NCBI GenBank assembly: GCA_963744145.1
Contig: CAVUSO010000001.1
Coordinates: forward strand, 2,208,001 to 2,272,000
DNA: 64,000 nt
From: an uncultured cyanobacterium
GTDB lineage: Bacteria > Cyanobacteriota > Cyanobacteriia > Cyanobacteriales > CAWUOF01
Direction: 5' to 3'
The position numbers and the translations under genes were made by a program. Each line of letters opens with the position of its first letter. Positions within the stretch are counted from its first letter, which is position 1. The notes beneath the pieces are model-generated. The model saw nothing but the letters and a program-made list of their open reading frames with translations, had not been told where the DNA came from and did no database searches. Below, in pieces: positions 1-12,062 of this stretch.

Positions 1-1
1 T

Positions 2-2761
2 GAAAGTATTCGTCATGCGCTGTTACAACCAGCAAATTTACTCCAAGGGCGCAGTGTAGAAGAAGTGATGAATAGTCGTGTGATTACTGCACCAACAAAT
101 GCTTCCGTCTTAAGTATTGCGAAGATGATTGCCGAGCATGGTGTTAGTTGTGTCGTCATTATTCAACCTCAAGCAGCAGAAGATGAGCGATCGGTAAATA
201 CGGAGAATAGGATTGGCAAATTATCAATTCCTGTCGGTATGATCACGGAACGAGATATCGTCCAGTTCCAAGCACTAGAAGTAGATTTATCCCAATTACA
301 AGCAGAAATGGTGATGAGTAGTCCCTTATTTTGCTTGTGTCCTACGGATACTTTATGGGATGCTCATCAGCAAATGCAAGAGCGATATGTGAGACGTTTA
401 GTAGTATGTTCTCCGACAGGAGAACTGATCGGAATAGTTACCCAGACCAGTTTATTGCGTGTTCTCGATCCGATGGAAATGTCAGGGGTAATTGAGGTAT
501 TGCAACAAGCGGTGGAAAAACGTACAAGCGAATTAAAAGAGGCGATCGCCTCTTTAAGTTTAGCTAATACTCAACTAGAAAATGAGATATCCTCACGAGA
601 AAGAGCCGAGGAGCGTTTACGTTTACTAGAGTCTGTGGTAGTGAACGCTAATGATGCGATCGTAATTATGGATGGGGGTAAGGATGATATCTCCAATCCG
701 AATATTCTTTACGTCAATGAAGCTTTTACTCAAATGACTGGTTATACCAGTGCGGAAATAGTTGGTAAAACACCAAGTATTTTACGTGGACCAGCAACCG
801 ATCCGGTACAAATTAGTAAAATTCGGCAAGCTTTGTCAGCGCGATCACCTTTACGAGTGGAAATAATTAACTATCGTTGTGATGGTAGTGAATATTGGGT
901 AGAACTTAATAGTGTACCTGTGACTAACGAACAAGGAGAATTCACTCATTGGGTATCGGTGCAACGGGATATTACCCAACGCAAATTGATGGAACAAGCA
1001 CTCTTTGAGGAAAAAGAACTAGCTCAGGTTACTTTACAATCGATTGGAGATGCAGTGATTACCACTGATGCGATCGGTAATATTTCTTATCTTAACCCAG
1101 TGGCAGAAAAGCTCACAGGTTGGGCACCAGAAATGGCGATCGGATTACCCCTGATCAGGGTATTTAGAATTGTCAACGAAATTACTCGTGAGCCAATCGA
1201 AAACACAGTTGAACTCACTTGGGGTGAAGGCAAAATAGTAGATCTGGTGAATAATAGTGTCTTGATTGCGCGGAACGGTCACGAATTTGCCATCGATCAT
1301 TCGGCAGCACCAATTCATGCTAGTGATGGTCGGATTGTTGGTTCTGTGCTAGTCTTTCGAGATAGTACCCACACTCGGGCTTTAGCACGTCAATTATCTT
1401 GGCAAGCTAGTCATGATGCGCTAACTGGTTTAGTGAATCGACGTGAGTTTGAAAGTTGTTTAAATGAAGCAGTCCAAAATGCCAAAGACCAGAATCAACA
1501 ACATATTTTGTGCTATTTAGATTTGGATCGATTTAAAATCGTTAATGATACTTGTGGTCATGTAGCTGGAGATGAATTGCTACGTCAAGTCACAGTTTTA
1601 TTTAAAAATAGAGTCCGCAAAACTGATCTTTTAGCACGTCTGGGTGGGGATGAATTTGGCTTATTACTATACCAATGTCAACTGGAACAAGGTGTGCAAG
1701 TCGCGAATACTTTATTACAAAGTATTCAAAGTTTTCGATTTGTGTGGCAAGATAAAACTTTTACAATTGGTGTGAGTATTGGGGTGGTTGTTATTGATGA
1801 AAATATTGATAATCCAGACAGTGTTTTAATTGCCGCTGATGCAGCTTGTTATGTCGCTAAAGATAAAGGTCGTAATCGGGTCTATATCACTCCTGTTAAT
1901 GACTATGAATTTGCCAAACAGCAAGGTGAAATGCAGTGGGTGGTCCGGATTAATCAAGCTTTAGAAGAGGATCGCTTTTGTCTTTATTATCAGCCAATTA
2001 TCCCAATTACTGCTCCAGAAATAAATCGCATCCATTATGAAGTTCTGTTGCGTTTAAAAGGTGAAAATAATCAAATTATTTCCCCAATGGCATTTATTCC
2101 AGCCGCAGAAAGATACCATTTAATGCACACAATTGATCGGTGGGTAATTCGCAAATTATTTACGATGAAACATGAAGAATTAAGCTACAAAAAGCAGGAA
2201 AATAGTTCGCAATTTCCCAATCTTAAACTTCCCAGCTATGCGATCAATTTGTCTGGTGCTAGTATTAATGATGACCAATTTATTGACTTTCTCTATGAAC
2301 AGTTTTCTTTATACAAAATTCCTCCCGAAATGATTTGTTTTGAAATTACCGAAACCGTCGCGATCGCTAATTTGACGAAAGCATCTGAATTAATTCGCTC
2401 TCTGAAGGAATTTGGTTGTCATTTTGCTTTAGATGATTTTGGGAGCGGGATGTCATCCTTTGCTTATTTAAAAAATTTGCCGGTAGATTATTTAAAAATT
2501 GATGGTAGTTTTGTCAAAAATATCGTCAACAATCCAATTGATTTAGCCATGATTGACGCCATTAATAAAATTGGTCATGTGATGGGGATTCAAACCATTG
2601 CGGAATTTGTTGAAAATGAAACCATCTTTGAGAAAATCAAAGAAGTTGGGGTGGATTACGGTCAAGGTTATGGTTTAGCTGAACCCTGTCCTTTAAATGC
2701 TAATGAATTTCCTTTCCAAGGGGATTTTTGTCAAATTTACTCATTGAAAATAGCATCCTAG
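2..2761 (+). CDS. CBS-PAS-PAS-GGDEF-EAL diguanylate cyclase/phosphodiesterase (5' partial)
   Basis: Frame is open from base 2 ([14 protein letters not shown]...), so the gene starts before the window. CBS pair, two PAS/PAC, RLGGDEF with RKTD I-site, EVLLR and DDFGSG EAL motifs. Confidence 0.93.
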   Translation, partial: ESIRHALLQPANLLQGRSVEEVMNSRVITAPTNASVLSIAKMIAEHGVSCVVIIQPQAAEDERSVNTENRIGKLSIPVGMITERDIVQFQALEVDLSQLQAEMVMSSPLFCLCPTDTLWDAHQQMQERYVRRLVVCSPTGELIGIVTQTSLLRVLDPMEMSGVIEVLQQAVEKRTSELKEAIASLSLANTQLENEISSRERAEERLRLLESVVVNANDAIVIMDGGKDDISNPNILYVNEAFTQMTGYTSAEIVGKTPSILRGPATDPVQISKIRQALSARSPLRVEIINYRCDGSEYWVELNSVPVTNEQGEFTHWVSVQRDITQRKLMEQALFEEKELAQVTLQSIGDAVITTDAIGNISYLNPVAEKLTGWAPEMAIGLPLIRVFRIVNEITREPIENTVELTWGEGKIVDLVNNSVLIARNGHEFAIDHSAAPIHASDGRIVGSVLVFRDSTHTRALARQLSWQASHDALTGLVNRREFESCLNEAVQNAKDQNQQHILCYLDLDRFKIVNDTCGHVAGDELLRQVTVLFKNRVRKTDLLARLGGDEFGLLLYQCQLEQGVQVANTLLQSIQSFRFVWQDKTFTIGVSIGVVVIDENIDNPDSVLIAADAACYVAKDKGRNRVYITPVNDYEFAKQQGEMQWVVRINQALEEDRFCLYYQPIIPITAPEINRIHYEVLLRLKGENNQIISPMAFIPAAERYHLMHTIDRWVIRKLFTMKHEELSYKKQENSSQFPNLKLPSYAINLSGASINDDQFIDFLYEQFSLYKIPPEMICFEITETVAIANLTKASELIRSLKEFGCHFALDDFGSGMSSFAYLKNLPVDYLKIDGSFVKNIVNNPIDLAMIDAINKIGHVMGIQTIAEFVENETIFEKIKEVGVDYGQGYGLAEPCPLNANEFPFQGDFCQIYSLKIAS

Positions 2762-5700
2762 TTGATTTGACAACGCAGTAAAGCTTCAGCTAAACCTTCA
2801 ATTCTGATCGGTTTACTAATATAATCATTCATCCCTGCGGCTAAACAAGTTTCGCGATCGCCTTGCATTGCATTAGCTGTCATGGCAATAATCCAAGGAC
2901 GTTTAGACCAGGTTTGACAAATTACTTGTGTAGCTTGTAACCCATCCATTTCGGGCATTTGTACATCCATAAAAACCAGATCATAATGTTGTCTTTGTAA
3001 TGCTTCAAGCACTTCTAATCCATTAGCTACTACATCGGCTCGATATCCAAGTCTTTCTAGCATTCGCAGGGCTACTTTTTGATTCACCACATTATCTTCA
3101 GCTAATAAAATGCGTAAGGGTATAGTCAATAACTGCTGGGGAGTAAATAAATCAGAGTTAATCATTTTTTTGGCTGCTGGTGCTGTAGATTTAGCTATAA
3201 CTGTAAAATAAAAAACCGCACCAACCGACTTTAAGGATTGCGGTGATTTGGCTATTGATGAACCTAAAAATGCCCTGATAATTTCGGGATTTTCATCTAA
3301 TAAATATTCACTTTCTTGAAAATTTGTCGGTGGATTTCCTCCAACTATACCCAGACTCTCCACCCACATCGTACCTTGCATCATTTCGACTAAACGTTTG
3401 CTAATTACTAATCCTAAACCCGTACCTCCATATTGACGAGTGGTAGAGGAATCTACTTGACTAAAAGATTTAAATAAACAATCCATCCGATCGCTAGGGA
3501 TACCAATCCCCGTATCTTTAACAATAAATAAAATTTCATAATTGGATTCAGACGAAAATGTTTCTGGGTTCAGTAGTTTTGCTGTTACGCACAGTTTTAC
3601 CTCACCGCTAGCTGTAAATTTCACAGCATTACTAAGTAGATTTACTAAAATTTGCCGCAATCTAGTCACATCACCGACAAAATTAATTGGCATTTTTTCA
3701 GCAATTACATAAGCTAAATCTAATTTTTTTTCTGCTGCTTTTAGTGCAAGTAGATCAATAGCTTCTTCTACACAACTGCGTAAATTAAAGGGCTGCTCTT
3801 CTAAACTTAATTTACCCGCTTCAATCTTAGAAAAATCCAAAATATCATTAATAATTGTCAATAAATTATCTCCACTGTTACGAATAGTTTCCACAAAATC
3901 TTTTTGCTGAGAAGTTAAGGCTGTATCTAGCAATAAACCGGTCATTCCAATTACTCCATTCATCGGAGTCCGAATTTCATGGCTCATAATTGCCAAAAAC
4001 TCACTTTTAGCAAGATTAGCAGATTCAGCCGCAGTTCTAGCTTTTTCTAAAGCTAAATTTTGTTTAGCTAATTGTTCTTTATGAGTTCTTTCTTGCTCTA
4101 AAAGATGCGCTTGGGCTAGAGCAATTCCTACTTGAGTCGCAACTGCTTCTAGTAATTCAATTTCATCGCTTGTCCATTGACGAAACTTGTTACATTGGTG
4201 TAATTCAATGATCCCATTAGGTTCTTGTTGATAGGAAGTTCGGATTGCTAGTAGAGATTTGATGCTGATTTCGTAGCAACTTTGGATGATTGGTTGCAAA
4301 AGTGGCTCAAGGTAAACATTGGGAGATGCGATCGCTTTGTCCGTCGCTAATATTGCTTCAGCATAGATATTACCTTGAATCGGCATTTTTTGAATAAATT
4401 CTTCGTAACCTGGTTGAGCATATTGAGCTACAAATGGTAGTTGGGGAATTGGTGTAGTCAGATAGCTATAAATTAAACAGCGATTAATCTCAAATGCACT
4501 CCCTAGTAATCTGCTCGTAGTTTGAAAAATTTGTTGAGTATCTAATTGCGCTCGAATTTCTTCAGTAATTTGTCTCAGCAATTGCGCTTTTAATATTTGT
4601 TGGTGGAGAGAATTTTGAGATATATGACGCTCAATCACACCTCCTAACCATTCAGTCATTAAATTTAAAAGCTGTTTATCACTAGGTTTAAACCGTCGAT
4701 TTTGTCTAGTATAATCCCAAAAACTTAGAGTCCCATAAACTTGACCCAAAACAATAACTCTTGTGCCAATATAAGATTGGATCATGAAACCTAGGTGTTT
4801 ATCTGGGAGATTATTTAATGAATGTGAACAAAATTTAGTCTCACCTGTTAACTCAAAACATAGGGGATCTTTGGCTTTAATTGTTTCACGACAATAGGTT
4901 TGGATTAATCCAAAAACTTCTCCTTTTTTGAAGTAATTACCAGGAGTTCTAGCAGCGCTAATTTCATAGCGATCGCCTTTAATTTCCGCTAAGATACCGA
5001 TGTTAAGTTTAAACCGTTTACACCCCATTGCTAAAAGTCCAGCTAGGTGATTTTCTAAAGTTATTCTTTTGGCTGAAGCCACTTTATATAAAGCACGAAT
5101 TGACTGCTCACTTTCCCGTAATTCTTGTTCTGCTAGTTTGGTAAGTGTGATATTTCGTACTTGTGCTATGACTTGATCCTTGGGAAAATATATTAATCTC
5201 GCTTCATAATTTTGTAGTCCAGTAGATGTGTCTAAAGAGTATTCAAAAATTGTCAGTGATTGAGTTTGCAAAACTTGAAAAATTGCGGTTTGAATTTTAT
5301 TTCCGATCGCATCAGGAAAAACTTCTTTAATTGTTTTACTAATTAATTCTTCCCCAGAAATGTTAAATTCACTCTGGTTCATTCCTGATTTATAATCAAG
5401 AATTTTACCGTTAGCACTAATCCGAAAATATAAATCTGGAAAAGCTTCAAACATGGTTTGAAATTCCGCGTTGATTTGCTGAAGTCTTTCGTTGGTATTA
5501 GCTAATTCTTGAGTGCGATCTCTAACTCGTTGTTCTAGGTTTTCATTAGTACGTTTGATTTCTTGAAATTTTTCATTCAGAACAATTGCCATTGATTGAA
5601 AATTTTGGGTTAGGGAATTTAGCTCGGTCACCGAACTATTGGGCAAATCAATATTTTCTTGAGCAAGTAATTTATCTGGTAAATTAGTTGTTGCTAATGC

Positions 5701-7209
5701 TAATTTCGCTAAATGAGCAACTAAACGACGGCTAATTAAGACCGCAATAATTAAGCTAATTAATGCGTTTAACAAGATGATAGCTAGATTTTTAATGTAG
5801 ATATTTTCTAAATAATCCATATAATCTGCTAGCGGTACTTGAATTAATAAAGTCCAAGGAATATTCTCACTAATATTAATCTTATATAGGTAAAAAGATT
5901 GTTTCCACCGAATCATTAAAGGTGAATTTTTGGCAGAAGGAAACCATTGATAAATATTGCTATCAATGGGAATAATTTCTCCATTTTTGCTCAAATCAAA
6001 ATTTGGTAAAGGTAAATTTGGAATGGTACTTGAAATCACCCGATCGCGAGCATCAAGTAAAGTAATTTGCATATTTCCATGAGGGGATTTTAAAATTTTA
6101 TCAATCTCGTTTAATTTTAAACTCCCATAAACAAACCCATCTAAATGATGGCGTTTTAAGATGGGGACTACTAATCCAACTCGATTTTGTTCAGAATTAT
6201 TTTCGCGATCGATATCTGTGATCAATTGATTTTGGAGCAAAGAATTATTAATCTTCAATAATTTCGCTGGCTCTAGCTCTGCTCGATCTGGTACAGATGC
6301 AATAATTTTCTTGGATTCATCAATTAGATAAATTTGTTCTATGTCATTGCTTATTTCTTTGAGCAATTGCAGCTGATCTAACAATTTTAAATTCTGATCA
6401 CCGTTTGATTGATTGATGAAATCAGATAGAGTATTCAAGGCTTTTAAATGTTGTTGATGCCAAGATACAATTTGATCTACGATCGCGATCGATGTATTTT
6501 GTAAGATATTTTTAATGTTACTTTCTACTGGATTAAATACTGCTTGGCTAGTGATAATCGTAAAAATTACCGTGGTCATAAATACAAACATTACGAACAG
6601 ATTAAATAACGCTTGTTCAAAGGAAAAAGTATTTTTTACTTGAGCAAACCCTAGCCATTTAGATAAAGGTAAATAACTAATGATTAAACTAGCAATCAAA
6701 GCATTAAAAATCCCATTGACAGATTGTTTGAGGAGAATAATTATTACTTGTGTAAATTGCATATCCATCACCCCTCCATAAAAGATCCATACCAGGGGAA
6801 TTCCGATCAAAATCCAATAAATACTATCGAGTAACACTAAGTTTTGACGTTGGGTCCAAAATATTCCCTTTGACTGCAAATTCTTTCCTAAATTGGGAAT
6901 GCGATCGCGATGTAATAATAAACCGACAAATAATGCTTCGCTAGGAAAAATAATCATTCCGAAGGGATGTCCCCATTGGACAAAAGTATTCCAGCTAGCA
7001 ATCAGAGCAATGAGTGTACCCCAAATAGTTCCATAAGTATATACTCCTACTAAAGCAGCAATACTACCAAATATGAAACTAACTCCAAACATAAGTGGTA
7101 CACTAAAAAAATTGCCGAGATAAGCCGCAGCAATTAGAGTTGCTAGTCCAAAAATAGACTGATAAGGTGATGAGCCAAAAATTTTTGGTAAATGATAATT
7201 CCTATTCAT
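2758..7209 (-). CDS. Membrane hybrid sensor histidine kinase (TM bundle, Cache-like, PAS, 2x GAF, HisKA, HATPase, REC)
   Basis: [12 protein letters not shown]-box, [24 protein letters not shown]-terminal receiver (LLAEDN, MDVQMP). ATG at 7209 preferred over GTG at 7275. Confidence 0.92.
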   Translation of the reverse strand: MNRNYHLPKIFGSSPYQSIFGLATLIAAAYLGNFFSVPLMFGVSFIFGSIAALVGVYTYGTIWGTLIALIASWNTFVQWGHPFGMIIFPSEALFVGLLLHRDRIPNLGKNLQSKGIFWTQRQNLVLLDSIYWILIGIPLVWIFYGGVMDMQFTQVIIILLKQSVNGIFNALIASLIISYLPLSKWLGFAQVKNTFSFEQALFNLFVMFVFMTTVIFTIITSQAVFNPVESNIKNILQNTSIAIVDQIVSWHQQHLKALNTLSDFINQSNGDQNLKLLDQLQLLKEISNDIEQIYLIDESKKIIASVPDRAELEPAKLLKINNSLLQNQLITDIDRENNSEQNRVGLVVPILKRHHLDGFVYGSLKLNEIDKILKSPHGNMQITLLDARDRVISSTIPNLPLPNFDLSKNGEIIPIDSNIYQWFPSAKNSPLMIRWKQSFYLYKINISENIPWTLLIQVPLADYMDYLENIYIKNLAIILLNALISLIIAVLISRRLVAHLAKLALATTNLPDKLLAQENIDLPNSSVTELNSLTQNFQSMAIVLNEKFQEIKRTNENLEQRVRDRTQELANTNERLQQINAEFQTMFEAFPDLYFRISANGKILDYKSGMNQSEFNISGEELISKTIKEVFPDAIGNKIQTAIFQVLQTQSLTIFEYSLDTSTGLQNYEARLIYFPKDQVIAQVRNITLTKLAEQELRESEQSIRALYKVASAKRITLENHLAGLLAMGCKRFKLNIGILAEIKGDRYEISAARTPGNYFKKGEVFGLIQTYCRETIKAKDPLCFELTGETKFCSHSLNNLPDKHLGFMIQSYIGTRVIVLGQVYGTLSFWDYTRQNRRFKPSDKQLLNLMTEWLGGVIERHISQNSLHQQILKAQLLRQITEEIRAQLDTQQIFQTTSRLLGSAFEINRCLIYSYLTTPIPQLPFVAQYAQPGYEEFIQKMPIQGNIYAEAILATDKAIASPNVYLEPLLQPIIQSCYEISIKSLLAIRTSYQQEPNGIIELHQCNKFRQWTSDEIELLEAVATQVGIALAQAHLLEQERTHKEQLAKQNLALEKARTAAESANLAKSEFLAIMSHEIRTPMNGVIGMTGLLLDTALTSQQKDFVETIRNSGDNLLTIINDILDFSKIEAGKLSLEEQPFNLRSCVEEAIDLLALKAAEKKLDLAYVIAEKMPINFVGDVTRLRQILVNLLSNAVKFTASGEVKLCVTAKLLNPETFSSESNYEILFIVKDTGIGIPSDRMDCLFKSFSQVDSSTTRQYGGTGLGLVISKRLVEMMQGTMWVESLGIVGGNPPTNFQESEYLLDENPEIIRAFLGSSIAKSPQSLKSVGAVFYFTVIAKSTAPAAKKMINSDLFTPQQLLTIPLRILLAEDNVVNQKVALRMLERLGYRADVVANGLEVLEALQRQHYDLVFMDVQMPEMDGLQATQVICQTWSKRPWIIAMTANAMQGDRETCLAAGMNDYISKPIRIEGLAEALLRCQIN

Positions 7210-7308
7210 AGCTATACGACTCAGCCGATTTTTATGTTTATTTGGAGCTAATACCAATTTAATTTGAAGTTGCACAGAGCTAGATCCCCCTAAATCCCCC
7301 TTAAGAAG

Positions 7309-9026
7309 CTATCCATTAGTCACATCTTTCTTAACAATCCTGAAACTATTACCTAGTAACGGTTTCAGGATTCATGGCCGCAGGTGGAGTTGACTAATTG
7401 CACAGAATATGCAATTGAGAGCTGCGGGCGGACTAGGAGTGAGCTATACAGCAGTGGTCGCTCAGAAGAAAAGTCTTGATGAGTATAGTATAGAGAGGAA
7501 AAGAAGAAGTAAGGTGGAAGGAAAAAATGGAAAAGTGGGCAGAGCAAGAATTAGCCACAGTAGACTTGGGAGATGCGAGGAGAAACAAGCGATTAATTCG
7601 GTTGGTGGAAGATTTAGCCGCACAACCAACCAGCAGCGTCCCACAAGCTTGTGGCAATAGTGCAGCTACTAGTGCGGCTTATGACTTGTGGAAGTCGCCC
7701 TATTTTCAGCCATCAGATATCCGACAGGCACATACAGCCAGCACGATCGAAAGAATTAAAGCGCATCAGACAGTATTAGCAATACAAGATACCACAAATA
7801 TCGATTTAACCAATCATCCTAGCACGAGAGGGATTGGTTATTTAGATCACCGAAAATCAGCCGGAATAAAAGTACATTCAACGCTAGCTGTAACCACTTC
7901 AGGAGTACCATTAGGGATAATTGAGCAACAGGTATGGACTAGAGAGCTGGCGAATTTGGGGATAGCCAAAAAACGGCGGGAAAGAGAAATTAAAGAAAAG
8001 GAAAGCCACCGCTGGTTGGCAGGATTAAAAGTTACAGAAAATTTAATCCCAAGTGATATTCAAGTAGTAACCGTGGCGGATTCAGAAGCTGACATATTTG
8101 AGCTATTTAGCCAGCCTCGTGCCGCCAATTCCCATTTACTAATTCGCGGTACTCATAATCGGAAAGTAGACCATTCTGCCCAATATTTACATCAAGCGAT
8201 CCGTCAAACTCCCGCAGCAGGAGAATTAAGTATAGAAGTCAAAAGAAATCCGACACATCAAGCTAGAACTGCCGTTCTGACAGTACGATTCGCCACTTTA
8301 GAGATTCAAGTTCCAGCACACCATATCGGGCGAAAGCAACTCCAACCAGTCAAATTACAAGTAATTCTAGCATTAGAAGAAAACCCAGAACCCGGAGTTA
8401 AACCGATTAGTTGGTTGTTAATTACCAGTCTGGAAGTTAATGACTTAGCAGCGGCAGTCCAATGTGTAGAATGGTATACATACCGTTGGTTAATAGAACG
8501 CTATCATTACACTCTAAAAAGTGGGTGTGGAATTGAGAAATTACAACTAGAAACCGTGCGAAGAATCGAAATGGCCTTAGCGACTTATACGATTGTAAGT
8601 TGGCGTTTATTATGGCTTACATATTCGGCTAGAACGAATCCAATGGCATCGAGTGCTGAGGTTTTAGAAACTCATGAATGGCAATCTTTATGTGCGACTA
8701 TTACTAAAAATCCTATCCCTCCAAAAACTCCACCTTCTTTACAAGAAGCCGTCCGTATGATCGCGATGTTGGGGGGATTTTTAGGTCGAAAAGGTGATGG
8801 TGAACCGGGAGTAAAAACGATTTGGAGAGGATTAAGAAGATTACATGATATTGCAGCTACCTGGAAATTATGTACTTAAATTGGCTGGTGTATAGTTATT
8901 ACTCTCCAACTCGTTACCAGATCATATTCTGGATCATTTTGTCAAGTAGCTTAATTACTATTAATCCTGAAACCGTTACGGGGTAATAGTTTCAGGATTG
9001 TTAAGAAAGATGTGACTAATGGATAG
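7309..9026 (+). mobile_element. IS4-family (Tn5/IS50-like) insertion sequence, complete
   Basis: 64-bp terminal inverted repeats 7309-7372 / 8963-9026 (2 mismatches). 9-bp target duplication CTTAAGAAG at 7300-7308 and 9027-9035. Confidence 0.95.
7527..8879 (+). CDS. IS4-family (Tn5-like) transposase
   Basis: WAEQEL..LGDARRNKRL N-terminus, LAIQDTT, VADSEADI, YTYRWLIERYHYTLK (YREK), GGFLGRKGDGEPG dimerisation domain. Confidence 0.95.
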   Translation: MEKWAEQELATVDLGDARRNKRLIRLVEDLAAQPTSSVPQACGNSAATSAAYDLWKSPYFQPSDIRQAHTASTIERIKAHQTVLAIQDTTNIDLTNHPSTRGIGYLDHRKSAGIKVHSTLAVTTSGVPLGIIEQQVWTRELANLGIAKKRREREIKEKESHRWLAGLKVTENLIPSDIQVVTVADSEADIFELFSQPRAANSHLLIRGTHNRKVDHSAQYLHQAIRQTPAAGELSIEVKRNPTHQARTAVLTVRFATLEIQVPAHHIGRKQLQPVKLQVILALEENPEPGVKPISWLLITSLEVNDLAAAVQCVEWYTYRWLIERYHYTLKSGCGIEKLQLETVRRIEMALATYTIVSWRLLWLTYSARTNPMASSAEVLETHEWQSLCATITKNPIPPKTPPSLQEAVRMIAMLGGFLGRKGDGEPGVKTIWRGLRRLHDIAATWKLCT

Positions 9027-9091
9027 CTTAAGAAGGGGGACTTTAAATCCCCCTTTTCAAGGGGGTTGGGGGAATGGCTCCCCCTTTTCAA

Positions 9092-10581
9092 CTACGGTGT
9101 ACACACAAGTTGAGATAGAGTAAGGAGAGAAGGGAAGTAAGGAGAAAAAAGTAGTGGAAAATCCAATTTTAATTCATGTGCAACAATGTGAGAGAACAGC
9201 ATTCGGAGATCCAAGACTGGGAAAAAGAGGGGCTTCATTGTATGCAGCAATGGCACAACATCAATCAGTAAATATTCGGAAAATCAGTAAAAATCGAGCC
9301 GAGCAAGTTGGATATTACCGATTTTTAGGGAATGAGAATGTAAAAACTGGAGAATTAGTCGTAAGTTTAGGAGAGCATTGCGCCTTACAGGTAGATGGAA
9401 AACACCACGTCTTAGCGATAAGTGATAGTAGTGAAATTAACTTAGAGTCTCACAAAGGGAGATTGAAATCCGAGGGAATTGGAGTAGTAGGAAACAATCA
9501 AGATATCGGATTTTATATTCATCCCACACTGGTATTAGATGCAGAAAATGGATTCCCACTTGGATTAAGTACAGTGCAATTGTGGACAAGAGAACCTGAC
9601 CATCAGGATCAGCATGAAAGAAAATATAAAAACTTACCGATTGAAGAAAAAGAATCCTATAAATGGCTCAAGTCAGCCGCTCAAACCCGCACCTGTTTCA
9701 GCTGGTCTAATGTGAAAATGGTGACTCATATAGGCGATCGGGAAAGCGATATATTTGAAGAATTTGTCAGAGTACCTAATCAACAGCATCATCTCTTAAT
9801 TAGAGTCGGACAGAACCGTCGGCTCAAAGAGCAGTCTGAGTCTCTGTATACCTATTTAAGTCAGCAACATTGTGAAGGAACTTATGCCATTGAAGTCCAG
9901 GCTGACTCACGGGTTGGACGAACAGCGAGAGAAGCATTCATGTTAGTACGTTGTGCCCTCGTTCAAATTCAGCGTCCTGAGCATTTATCTGCCGCAGATT
10001 ATCCAGAAAGTGTCAATCTTTACGCAGTGGAAGCTGTAGAAGTCAATCCACCAAAAGGTCAACAACCGATTCACTGGCGATTACTCACTACACATAGAGT
10101 AGTTTGTATTGAACAAGCATTACAAGTAATTGAATGGTACAAATGGCGCTGGCGGATTGAACAACTGTTTGCTACCCTCAAATCCGTTGGCTTAGATCTC
10201 GAAGCAACTCAATTAGAGTCAATTAAATCTATTCAAAAATTGTGTGTTTTAGCTTTATCGGTAGCTGTCAGAATTTTGCAGTTAATTGTCGGGCGTGACC
10301 AGCCTGAATTACCTGCAACCTACGCATTCAATGATGAACAACAGCAATGTTTATCCCAGATTGCTCCCACTGTTTCCGGACCAACTTTAGCACAACAAAA
10401 TCCTTATCCACCTCATTCTTTACCTTGGGCAACTTGGATTATTGCTCGACTGGGTGGTTGGTCTGGCTATCGGTCTCAAAAACCGCCAGGAATTACTACT
10501 TTAGTGCGCGGACTAAGCCAATTTCAATCCTTTTTTGATGGCTGGAAACTCGCTCTAGGTATGGTTGTGTGTACACCGTAG
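9092..10581 (+). mobile_element. Second, distinct IS4-family (Tn5-like) insertion sequence, complete
   Basis: 17-bp perfect TIRs CTACGGTGTACACACAA (9092-9108 / 10565-10581). 10-bp target duplication CCCTTTTCAA at 9082-9091 and 10582-10591. Confidence 0.95.
9154..10581 (+). CDS. IS4-family (Tn5-like) transposase
   Basis: FGDPRLGKRG, LAISDSSE, IGDRESDIFE, YKWRWRIEQLFATLK, LGGWSGY motifs. The stop codon lies in the right TIR. Confidence 0.93.
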   Translation: MENPILIHVQQCERTAFGDPRLGKRGASLYAAMAQHQSVNIRKISKNRAEQVGYYRFLGNENVKTGELVVSLGEHCALQVDGKHHVLAISDSSEINLESHKGRLKSEGIGVVGNNQDIGFYIHPTLVLDAENGFPLGLSTVQLWTREPDHQDQHERKYKNLPIEEKESYKWLKSAAQTRTCFSWSNVKMVTHIGDRESDIFEEFVRVPNQQHHLLIRVGQNRRLKEQSESLYTYLSQQHCEGTYAIEVQADSRVGRTAREAFMLVRCALVQIQRPEHLSAADYPESVNLYAVEAVEVNPPKGQQPIHWRLLTTHRVVCIEQALQVIEWYKWRWRIEQLFATLKSVGLDLEATQLESIKSIQKLCVLALSVAVRILQLIVGRDQPELPATYAFNDEQQQCLSQIAPTVSGPTLAQQNPYPPHSLPWATWIIARLGGWSGYRSQKPPGITTLVRGLSQFQSFFDGWKLALGMVVCTP

Positions 10582-10714
10582 CCCTTTTCAAGGGGGTTGG
10601 GGAAATGGCTCCCCCTTTTCAAGGGGGTTGGGGGGATCAATTCTATGCAGATTCATCAAAAATTGCTATAAGTTATCCTATTAAATAGAATAGAACATTT
10701 ATGAAGGAGTGAAA

Positions 10715-10972
10715 ATGCCAGATCCCTTAATGTATCAGGAAGATATCTTTGTGGTGTTAGAATCAAATCAACCAGAACAATTTCTCTCGGTTGCCGAGTT
10801 GCTAGAAAAATTACAGCATATTTTAGCAACTCGACAACAAGATTTACCTCGAGACTTGCAAAAATTTCCATCAATAACGGCACAAGCACAACATTTATTA
10901 AATACATCCTGTGAACTAGATATGGCACCAGGACAATTTTTACAATGGTACGCTGTCCGTTTAGAAAAATAA
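10715..10972 (+). CDS. crr7: Chlororespiratory reduction protein 7 (CRR7) family, NDH-1 assembly
   Basis: MPDPLMYQED.FVVLE..QPEQFL start and CELD..PGQFLQWYAVRLEK end typical of cyanobacterial CRR7. Confidence 0.82.
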   Translation: MPDPLMYQEDIFVVLESNQPEQFLSVAELLEKLQHILATRQQDLPRDLQKFPSITAQAQHLLNTSCELDMAPGQFLQWYAVRLEK

Positions 10973-11011
10973 CAACCAGCTCAGTTAATCAACGGTACAT
11001 TTATCACCTCT

Positions 11012-11569
11012 TTAGCTTTTAGTCTCAGGTGCAACAATTAAAGCTAACTCAATTTTTTCTTCTGGTTGAGCTGTTAATTCAACTCGAATTCCTGGTCCAA
11101 AAAAGTTAGCGATTTTTTGTTGCTTTTCTAGCCAAGTTGCTAAAGTAATTAGTGGTGAGTAAAATTCCAGCATCAATGTATAAGCACCTTCCACCTGGGT
11201 TTCCCTTAAACCAGTGAGGAGCGGTCTTTCTTCGTCTGTGGGTCTGAACCCTAGTCGATTTAAAGATTCATCCAGATGAGCTGCTTGACCATACCGATAT
11301 CTAGTCACATCTTTAATCAGTTGTTTTTGGGTCGCGGTAGCTTGTTGATTTCGTAGGATCAGAATTTCCGGAGCAGTTGGTTGGGTAAATGGGACTGGTT
11401 TTAGTTCCGATGCTTTTAGTGCAAGTCCTCCTAAACACAAGGGAATTCCATAAAAAAAACCCGCCAGATTTAGAGTAGCATTACCACTAGCATAAGCAGC
11501 AGTTCCTACCACTGTTAAAATCCCTCCCACGATTAAGCCTAGTGTTCCCAGGGAAATTTTACTTAACAT
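11012..11569 (-). CDS. DUF2854 (APE1/Slr0575-like) thylakoid membrane protein
   Basis: Two N-terminal TM helices, GFFYGIPL.LGGLALK.SELKP, DVTRYRYGQ.AHLD, FFGPGI. Confidence 0.82.
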   Translation of the reverse strand: MLSKISLGTLGLIVGGILTVVGTAAYASGNATLNLAGFFYGIPLCLGGLALKASELKPVPFTQPTAPEILILRNQQATATQKQLIKDVTRYRYGQAAHLDESLNRLGFRPTDEERPLLTGLRETQVEGAYTLMLEFYSPLITLATWLEKQQKIANFFGPGIRVELTAQPEEKIELALIVAPETKS

Positions 11570-11728
11570 TTGATTTTAATTCTCTCCGCACCTGATCTAG
11601 TTAAACTATTATTGCTTTTGGGCATTCGATTCAGATTAATAACGCTAAATTCCAGAAATATCCACTACCATTAAACTAACATGGTACTGGCAATTATTTG
11701 CTGATCCGATTTTTTAGGGCCATAAAAT

Positions 11729-11989
11729 ATGATCAAAGATGTAGAACCACAGTCAACCAATAAAAATCGTGCTTTAATCGATCAATTAGATTCATTAAAA
11801 CGAGAAGACCAAACTCTGTATAATATTTTAGCAGTAGATGTTTGGGCTTTGGCCAAAACGATGGATGAATTTCAACCAGGATTTTGGACAGCGTTTATGA
11901 AAAACCGTGAAAAAGCTCTGAAGCGTTTTATTGCGGAAATGATTCAAAATAAATCGGTAGATGTTAAACGTCCACCTTTTCTCCGTTAA
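11729..11989 (+). CDS. Small hypothetical protein
   Basis: 86-aa ORF with ATG start and protein-like composition filling an intergenic gap. No domain recognised. Confidence 0.7.
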   Translation: MIKDVEPQSTNKNRALIDQLDSLKREDQTLYNILAVDVWALAKTMDEFQPGFWTAFMKNREKALKRFIAEMIQNKSVDVKRPPFLR

Positions 11990-12062
11990 ACAAGCTGAAC
12001 TTGGTCTAACCTTTCTAGATGGTTGGGGAAATTAGCTGCTTGTTGTTACCAAATAAATTAAC

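Larger units (their letters stand above)
7283..10638. repeat. Short palindromic REP/MITE-like repeat (GATCCCCC...GGGGGATC) split by two IS insertions
   Basis: Pieces 7283-7308, 9036-9091 and 10592-10638 rejoin into one element with CCCCCTT(AAG/TTC)AAGGGGG hairpins and 31-bp units cccccttttcaagggggttggggraatggct. Confidence 0.85.

Noticed and set aside
7365..7660. Short overlapping ORFs in the IS, and similar antisense ORFs elsewhere in the track
   Set aside because: They are shadow frames overlapping well-supported genes or repeats.
7309..10581. Composite transposon formed by the two IS4 elements
   Set aside because: They have different TIRs, different transposases and separate TSDs, with only 65 bp of repeat DNA between them.
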